Of a DNA stretch of 64,000 bases, positions 55,948-64,000 are shown one piece after another. The position numbers were made by a program, and so were the translations under genes. The DNA comes from Camelus ferus (Eukaryota), in contig NC_045697.1 of NCBI RefSeq assembly GCF_009834535.1, positions 65,288,001-65,352,000 on the forward strand, read 5' to 3'. The number at the start of each line of letters is the position of its first letter. Position 1 is the first letter of the stretch. Under the pieces are notes generated by a model that was not told where the DNA came from, searched no databases, and worked only from the letters and a program-made list of their open reading frames with translations.

Positions 55948-57675
55948 GTATCTTCTGACTTGCATTTCACTATTCCTAATTTTCATGTGGAGAAGAACAA
56001 TAAATCATCGTTTGATGAGATATCACTTAGAAAGGATTTTTTTTCACCAATATTGCTGCCTGTTCAAAGCACAAAACAGTGTAATGGATAAATGAAATAT
56101 TTTTAAAAAAAAGGCCAGAAATTCATAAAGGTCTATGAAACAGGGAGCCCTTATTTATTTATAAGGAAATTTTATGCAAGTAAAAAACTAATGGTTGACA
56201 TATTTTAAATCACCTTCATTATATCATTAGGGTTAGAAATGCTCAAATTATTTTGGTGCCTGTCACAAAGTGCAAAAAGCTGTTTTTTTTTTCTTTAAAT
56301 GACATCATCCACTGAAAAAGAGTAAGCACTAGATATAGCTGTTTTTCAGTTAGATGATACATGGTAAGACATTGGATGTGATGGTCTTTACTTCGTCTTG
56401 CAGTTAAGATAAAATTCATATACGGTTAAGATTTTGTAGCATTTATGAACTATTTGAATACTTGATGGCATTCTTCTTTACCATCAGTGTGGTATTTAGC
56501 CCGACCGTGACCTGCTTTGGCTCAGCTACCTACCCCATTGCCAGGAGACAGTTTACATTGCTTAGCTCCTCTCAAAGGTATAAGCATCCTGCAGTTTATT
56601 AGCCTCTTTGTCATGTCATCCTTGCTGGCATTTTCCATTTGTCTCACACAGCTTCTCAGGTTTAAAATGAAATGATTAATAAAACAAGCAAATTTCTCCT
56701 GTACCCTTTACACAAAGGAGACGGCCATTTAGAAGTTTATATTCTCCATTTTGTGCATCTTTATTCTTTCCACGTGCATTTGCCTTTTTGCTCCTGAAAC
56801 AGTAAGAGAAATAGCTAGTCAAATGAAATATGAATGTATTTAGAAAAGCCAGAGAGAAATCTAGAAATTAAAGTTAGAAGAGGACTGGATGTACAAAAAC
56901 CAGGAAGTGAAGGGAAAAAAAATGTTTCAAATAGAGGAAAGTCTAGATCTTCCTCTTGGTACTGTGTCTTCCTTGCAGAAGAATCACTTTAATGAGAATT
57001 TAGGCTCTTATCAATAGAAGTGCTGAAGAATTAAATGTATTGAATATATTAGCAGAGAAGGATTTTTCAACTGAAAAATGAATAAGTCAAATCTAAACTC
57101 AAGGAGTTGCCAGAATCACCCAGCTCTATCTCTGTAGAGAGTTGGCAGGTATGAATCCAAGGGAGGTTGTTGAACATGGTTCTGATCCGGCCAATTTATT
57201 AATTCATGGTTTGGCTCGGGTGCAGGAGCCTGAATATATTCATTCTTCTGAAGCTGTCTCACAAAGACAGAATAATATTTTGGGAGGTTGCTTAGGAGAC
57301 ACTTATTTAGTGAAAGTATCAGTAGGAGGGAAAGAGAGACACTGTAATATGTAGGTATTTCTCATGAAGCAATTCAAGATGTAAAATGTTACTGCTAGAA
57401 AATTTATAATCAAAACAATGATTTAATATAATAATTATGAAATTTCGTTTTGGGGGAGTATTTGCATAATTTCCCCAGTAAGTTTTCAATGCAGTGGCAC
57501 TTTTGAAAGGAATATATTTCATTCTGTGTTTCTGGAGACTAAGTTTGAATGATATCTATAATTGTAAATGTTTAATTTCATTATTTTTCGTCCACATTTC
57601 TAATTGGCCTTAAAAAGTGGAGTTTCATTTTTCCAATCGTATTACTTTACTTTGCCTAAGACAAGTGCTTTGGTT

Positions 57676-58045
57676 GTCCCATTCAGATACAGGGCTGATG
57701 ATACAGCAAGAGAATCTGAGAGAGGTTTACTACTCACACAGGGACTCCTGGGGAGAGCAGCGGGTGAGAGCAGCGGGCACACTCAGGTCCAGGCTGGCTC
57801 CGGCTAAGCTGTGTGGGTGGGCTGGGCACTTGTAGTGGTTAAGGGATGGGGCTAAGGAAAGTTTCCATTTATGTGCACTGGAGATTTTCGAGACTTAAAT
57901 TTCCCACAGATGTCAAAGAAGGAGGTGCAGGATGGGCTTTCTTCATCAGCCTGTCTGGATGTGGAGCCAAAGAGGAAAGGGAAGGCAAAGCTTAAAAAGA
58001 ACTCAGCAGCCAAACATCACAAATGAGGTCAGGCTCTTTATTACA
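57676..58045 (-). mobile_element. Old ERV-type LTR (MER54/73/74-like, family uncertain)
   Basis: Minus strand starts TGTAATAAAGAGCCTGACCTCATTTGTGATGTTTGGCTGCTG. GC-richer block; left boundary uncertain. Confidence 0.5.
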
Positions 58046-58439
58046 ATGGGAATATTCTAGTGATAAAAATTTTAATTATGTTCAAGTAAAAACTGCACAC
58101 CTACATTAAGGGCATCCTGTATACACTTTACAAAGCCTATGTATTAATGCAAGGAGTACAAAGAATTAAAAGAATGAATGTCTGTTCTTTAGTTAATTTA
58201 TATTCTTATCAGGTGGATGAGACGGAAGAGTTAAAAAGCACTGCAGTTGGTGTAAGTGCTGTAAATGTCCAGTAAAGGAGGACGACGAGGGGACTCCAGT
58301 GTGGCAACTGTGTAATTTATTTTATGAATTGGTAGAATGGGTGCCTCCATATTTCTCTTCTTTTTTCAAAAATGGGAGGTTAATTCTCAAATGTCCATTT
58401 CCCCCAGATATTATCAGCACCTCCATGCTGTTGTTATTT

Positions 58440-58880
58440 ACATGGATTTTATAAATTATTTTTGAGAAAATTATAATTTTTAAAATATTGAGCCTTCCCA
58501 TTCATGGATATGGTGTCTATCCACATAGTCAACTTTTTATAACCCTCAGTAAAGATTTATAGTGCTCTTTATACATCTTTTCATTGTAGTTATTCTTTAA
58601 ATTTTATAGGGTTTTGTGTTCTGTGTGCATGTGTCAGTGCATGCTATCATGAATAGGATAAGCTTCCATTATCTTTTTAAACTAGCCATTGTAGGTACAT
58701 GAGGGAGTTGTCAATGTTTGATGTCTTTTGTGACTGACCTGCTCAACTTTTGAGACTTAACTCTGGATTCTTACTTGTTTCTTTGTAGTTTAATCGCTTG
58801 TGTTTTTTCAAGTAGATATTGATATCATCTTCAAATAAAATGAACAATTAATCCTAATACTTTTTACCTTTTTAAAACTT
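58440..58880 (-). mobile_element. Ancient L1 (L1M-type) ORF2 fragment, left part, interrupted by the MCM4 retrocopy
   Basis: Antisense L1 ORF2-like motifs such as tattgagccttcccattcatggatatgg and gatatcatcttcaaataa. Confidence 0.6.
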
Positions 58881-58897
58881 TAAAAAAACTTTTCTGG

Positions 58898-61800
58898 AGG
58901 CATTTGGGAGCATAACCTGCTGGGTGCACCTGGAGCCCTGTGGGCTTTGGGGTCAGCCACCTTCCCCTGCTCCAAGTGGGAAAGCCAGGTCATCTCCATG
59001 TCAGAGACAGTGGAACCAGGATTCTGCATCTACGGGAGAGCTGCAGGCTGTGCTGACCAGGCCCGGAGCTGACCTGCAGAGCCCTGCTACGCAGGGCACA
59101 TTATTTTCCATCTCTCTTTTGACACCTTCTTCAATGATTCTTACTGATTTTCTTTTTAGTTCAGCACTGACATATGGCACTCCCAGCCCGTGGAGAGAGG
59201 GAACCCCAAGCTGTGGTGTTAGGGACACAGCCATGAGGAACAGGCCTGACCTGGGGTCTACAGGGAAAGATCTGCAGGTGGATTTGCAGTATGAGCCAGC
59301 AACAGAAGATACAGTGGCCAGTGAGCAGTTTCTAAGTCAAAAATTTGTGATTTGAGGAATAGATGTAAATATGGCCACCTGCAAAGAAAATTTTCAGAGA
59401 TATCTTTAGCATTTTCTTGACCCTATGACTAAAGAAGAAAAAAATGTTACCATAGATACTGCTGAGCCTCTGTACATGCAACTACTTGGGGAAACTAATG
59501 TTATTGAAGAGCCATTTTTAAATGTAAACTGTAAACACATAAAGTCATGTGACAAAAATTGGTACAGACAGCGCATCTGCTTCCCATAGGAAGTTATCCC
59601 AACTTTTACCATGGCTGTCAGTGAGATCTGACTCAGTCTTTGAATAGCAGATTCGATTAGGACCATTCAATGTGTTGAAGGCAAAGAATATGAGAAACCT
59701 GAATCTAGAAGACATCAGTCAGCTCATCACCATCAGTGGCATGGTGATCAGATGTCATGGCTGATTCCAGAGAGGCATGGGGCCTTCCTCCGGTGCCAGG
59801 TGTGCACCCACACTGTCCTAGTGTAGATGGACCCGGTCAGATCACTGAGCCCTGCACGTGCTCGAGCTGCCACGCCACCATGGGTGCTGGCCATGACTGC
59901 CTGGTGTTCTCTGACACGCAAGAGTCTCCTGAAAACATGCCTGCAGGGCAGATGCCTCGCACTGTCATCCTTTTTGCTCACAATGATATTGTTGACAAGA
60001 TTCATTGGGGACAGAGTGAACATTACAGGCATCTCTCCAGCTGTTCCTATTGAATCATTCCAAGGGTGAGTACTGTGAGGTCTGTCTGCAAAACACTCAT
60101 TGATACCATTCACTATCGGAAAATGGATGCGAAGCATCTGCACAAAGAAGGAGATGAAGAAGCAGAACAGAAACTTTTTCAGAGAAGCATGTGGAATTGC
60201 CTAAGGAACTTTCCAGAATACCAGACATTTGTGAGAAGCTTGCTTCAGCTGCAGCTCTAAGCACTTAAGAACAGTTAAATTTCAAAAGGGGAATCTTGCA
60301 TCAGCTTTTCTGGGGAACAAGGGAAGATTTTAGTCACACAGGAAGGGACAGATTTCACGCTGAGATCTACATCCTGCTGTGCGGTGACCCTGGGACCAGC
60401 AAGCCCCAGCTGCTGTAGTATGTGTACAACCCGGTCTCCTGGGACCAGGACACACCTGGGAAGGGCTCCAGCTCAGTGGACTTAATAGTACATGCAGTGA
60501 AAGGCCCGGGAGGAGGCAGCTGGTTCTGCAGACAGGGCCCTGGTCCTTAGTGACAGTGGCATCTGCTGTACTGATACTTGAGAAAGTGAATGAAAGTACA
60601 AGATCCGTATTGCTCGAAGTCATGGAACAGGTGACTCTGCTCACCACAAAGGCTGGGACTGTCTGCCAGCTCAGTGCACACACATGTACGTATCCTGGCA
60701 GTAGCAAATCCTATTGAGTCTCAATGTAATGCTAAAAAAACAAAACCAAAAATCTAACTGTAAAAACGTCCAGCTACCTCACACGTTATTATCAAGGTTT
60801 GGTTCGTGCCTCCTCATGCTAGACCCACAGGATGAAGCCCGTGCAGGCATCCGACTCACCACCTCGTGGCTCTGAACTACGAGAGCCAGGAGCACGTGCA
60901 AGAGAAGTTCATGGACCTGAAAGTGCTAAAGGACGGTGCTGCTTACTCTCACAGCGCTGTCCTGCCTTGGTTGAGCCCGGAAGCCAGCCAGGCTCTCGCT
61001 GAAGCTCATGTAGACACGAGGAAGGTCAGTAGTAGCTGAAGAATGCTTTCTGTACACCCTCAACAGCTGAAGTCGTTCAAATGGCTTAGCAGAAGCCCAT
61101 GCTAAAGTATGATTTTCAAATGAAGTTGAAGCAGTTGATGTGGAAGAAGCAAAACACCTGCACAGAGAGGCGGCACAGCAGTCTGCTCCTAACCCCCAGA
61201 CTGGCGTTGTGGCCTTACTTGTTCTTACTACAGGAATGAGTGCAGCTCCTAAATGGAAAGGAGCTCACTGAAGCATTGAAAAATTTATTTTATTGAAGTG
61301 TGAAACATCAGCTCTAAAATACTCACAACTTCTTGAAGCTATTTGGGGACAATCTGACATAGCAATTACCAAAGGAGTCTTTCAAGAAGCACCTCGTGCC
61401 TTGGTTGATGATGACTTTTTGACCGTGATTGGAAAAGCTGTTGTCTTGCTCTGAAGCTCTGTTAGCAGTGCTGTGTGTTCAGCTGCTCTACACTTGGGCA
61501 CTGTGCTTGCTTCCACATTTGTGTGGTGTATGCGCCAATGGAAAGAAATTCTTAAAGTCATTATTAGGCTCCATAAAAATTTTCTAGCCTGGGTTCAATT
61601 TTCTTAGTAAAATGTGTGTTTTCTTTTTTTTTTTTTTTAATTTTAAGTAGAAATATGCTGTCAGTTTACAATATATACAGTAGGGATAACTTTCTTGATG
61701 TGCCTTTTGTTAGCACCAGGACTTTTATTTCGTATCTCTATAGAAGGAGAAGGATGTTAGGCCTTTTCGAAGACGGCAGTCTGGGAGATGGTTTTTGTGC

Positions 61801-62051
61801 TAGACTCCCTGATAACAATCAGCCATGTGTTTGGGGTTTTTACACTGTGAGATAAGACTTAGCCAGAGCCTCTTCCCCTTTTACAGCACCCAATGTCATT
61901 CCTTCCAGAGGCTTCTCTCATGGCTACTATAAGATGAGAAATAAGAGATTGGAAATGATTAGGTTCTAAGTTAAATTCTGCCACTTTATCCTAAAATGCA
62001 AAACTTTCTTCCCAACTAAATGATAGAAATAATTTTTAAAAATAATAAAAT
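58898..62051 (+). pseudogene. MCM4: MCM4 processed pseudogene (5'UTR-like start, disabled CDS ending about 61454, 3'UTR, decayed A-rich tail)
   Basis: Intronless MCM4-like translation: [87 protein letters not shown] (Walker A region); ends [15 protein letters not shown]. It has multiple stops and frameshifts. Flanking near-direct repeats are aaaacttttctgg (58885-58897) and aaaacttttattgg (62052-62065). Confidence 0.95.
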
Positions 62052-62059
62052 AAAACTTT

Positions 62060-62220
62060 TATTGGCTAACTGCTCTAGTTTCCACTTCCAAACTTGTGTA
62101 ATTTTGATAATCAATGCCATTTTGGTTTAATAAAAATGCCACAGTGTTCTGCTGTTAAGTATATCAAGAGTATTATTTGAGAAGCATTTTTCTTTATTGT
62201 TGAAAGACTGTGTCCTATTT
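62060..62220 (-). mobile_element. Ancient L1 fragment, continuation after the MCM4 retrocopy
   Basis: actgctctagtttccacttcca...aatgccacagtgttctgctgttaagtatat resembles the next stretch of antisense L1 ORF2. Confidence 0.5.
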
Positions 62221-62319
62221 TTGTTTTTCTATTTTTTGTACTTAAAATTTTTGTTTATTAGTTGCTCATGCAGTTTTAGAATGGGAAGGTAAAATAAAGT
62301 TAATCTAACCTATTTTTCA

Positions 62320-62445
62320 CAATTTTGAGGTGGAGAAAACTGAGTCTCAGAAAAATTAAATGACTTATGAAGCATTGGTTACACAGGAAATTAGTTTTAA
62401 ATTCCAAGTTTTCTGGCTTCCAGTTCTGTGTTCTGTATACCATAC
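62320..62445 (-). mobile_element. MIR SINE fragment
   Basis: ggagaaaactgagtctcagaaaaattaaatgactt. Confidence 0.55.
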
Positions 62446-63389
62446 CATTTATCCTTTTTATTATTCATGGCAGTGGTGTTTATCCACTACTGTCAAAATC
62501 ATTTGACTAAAGAAAACACACACACACCAAGAAGTCAAGGGTAAATGCACCATGTGTCAATATTATATAAACAACACCTTAGTTTTAATATGGCTTCCTC
62601 AAATTCTTTGAAGTTGGAGTGTGCATCGGTGAATCTGCAAGAGGACTATTTCAAAGGCATAGACTGCATTTTTAACAATTCTTGTAGCAAAAAGTTTATT
62701 TTCACACATATGCATTCTTTAGTTCATTATGAGGAGCTACACTTAATTGTAAAGTATATATTACTTAGTGGTAATATGTGTTTTGGTAAGGACTTTTCAT
62801 ACTGTATAATTTAAATGTGTTGACATTACGTACACTGCAGGAAGCTTCCAAACCTTTTACATAAAATAAGTAAAACAAATACAAGCTGAACTGCTCTGGA
62901 AGAGAGTGAGAGAGGATCTCCAAAGATGGACTCCCACAACAATCCATTCTCAGAACCAGAATCTGAACATTTCCCTGGAACATTTAGAACTCAGTTTAAT
63001 CCATATAGACCGACCATCTTTCTTACAGAGTGTGGAATGGTATAATACCCATGCAACATGGGCGGGCTATTTTTATTTACAGAGTTGCTCTATGATTACA
63101 TGGCATTTTCTATTTTTTCTTACTGTTAATATTGAAGTGATTTCTAAGAGTACACTTTATTTATTCATACATTCATCACTCTTTGAACAGATACTTATCA
63201 AATACCTGTAAATGTGGAATGTATCATTCAAACTCTTTGTGTGATTTTCTAAAAAAGGAATTTAGAGCCTAGGCATGAGTATTGGCTAAGTGTATAAAAA
63301 GCGGTACTCTAAGGTGAGAGACAACAAAGGGCCCCCAAAATGGGTAAATGTAGTAGAAGTGGGATTCTGTGGACTCTTGGAAGAGTATT

Positions 63390-63800
63390 TCCAAGATTAC
63401 TCTGTGGTACACATTCAGATCCCTGCTCTGTGGCTGAGACATTCCTTCTTGGGAGAGCACACAGCTGATCCCCTGTCCAGAAACTGCCCTGGGCAGACGG
63501 GAGCCGCTCCACTCGCTTTCTGAAAGAGCATGCACCCATTGACTGGTCGTCACAGAACTAGGAAGGTCTGAGTGCCTAGCTTCCATTTGGGTTAACTCTG
63601 AAGAATCATTGTACCTACAGATGAGCCCATGGGACCATCAGAGCTGCTGTTGTATTGCATTGCATTTTCACCTCCCCTCCGTCCAGTGCTTCTTCTCTCA
63701 CTCCCTTGCAGATACTTTTCTTAGGAGCACTTCAAGCAACCCTCCTGCACACCAGCAGATCTCCATTTCAGAGCTGTTTTCTGGGGAAACTGACCCAAAA
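63390..63800. mobile_element. ERVL LTR (LTR16-like)
   Basis: cagctgatcccctgtccagaaactgccctgggc..taactctgaag..cctcctgcacac..atctccatttcagagctgtttt..ggggaa. Confidence 0.65.
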
Positions 63801-64000
63801 TTGAGAAAACAGATTAGAAAAACTTGCATGAAACTGATAACATCTTAACTTGAATATTAACTGATTTGAGATATGTAAAGCAATGGGGAAGAGGATGTTT
63901 CAGGTGGTGGAACCACTCTACCTGACGTATCTATTGGAATAAATCATATGGACACTGACAAAGATTGATTAATTTACCAGAGTGCACAGAATACATGGAA

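Noticed and set aside
55726..56091. 121-aa ORF as a standalone gene
   Set aside because: It is the GRID2 exon frame reading through into flanking intron; canonical splice sites delimit 55786-55947.
58924..59355. 143-aa ORF with MCM4 N-terminal similarity as a functional retrogene
   Set aside because: Starts at GTG, has many substitutions, ends at a premature stop, and downstream frames are broken. No promoter is evident.

Overview
Mammalian AT-rich, repeat-laden genomic DNA. It is probably from a camelid or related artiodactyl, an inference from the L1 3'UTR style and the absence of Alu, B1, BovB, Bov-A and PRE SINEs. The whole window lies inside the giant GRID2 (glutamate receptor delta-2) gene on the + strand. 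Three phase-0 coding exons of the amino-terminal domain are present at 41392-41445, 48870-49043 and 55786-55947, probably exons 5-7. The rest is intron. It holds an intronless, disabled MCM4 processed pseudogene (about 58898-62051) with target-site duplications (TSDs) inside an older L1, a three-layer nested L1 cluster (20.8-24.5 kb), a solo LTR with a 6-bp TSD, several MaLR/ERVL LTRs, L2, CR1/L3, MIR and MER5 fossils, and microsatellites. I found no credible novel multi-gene system. The most unusual items are a perfect 66-bp-arm palindrome at 33088-33235, an MCM4 retrocopy that seems to lack the start-codon exon, a tail-less L1 ORF1 insertion with a TSD, and two twin-primed L1s. Repeat subfamily names and reference comparisons are from memory, not from a database search.
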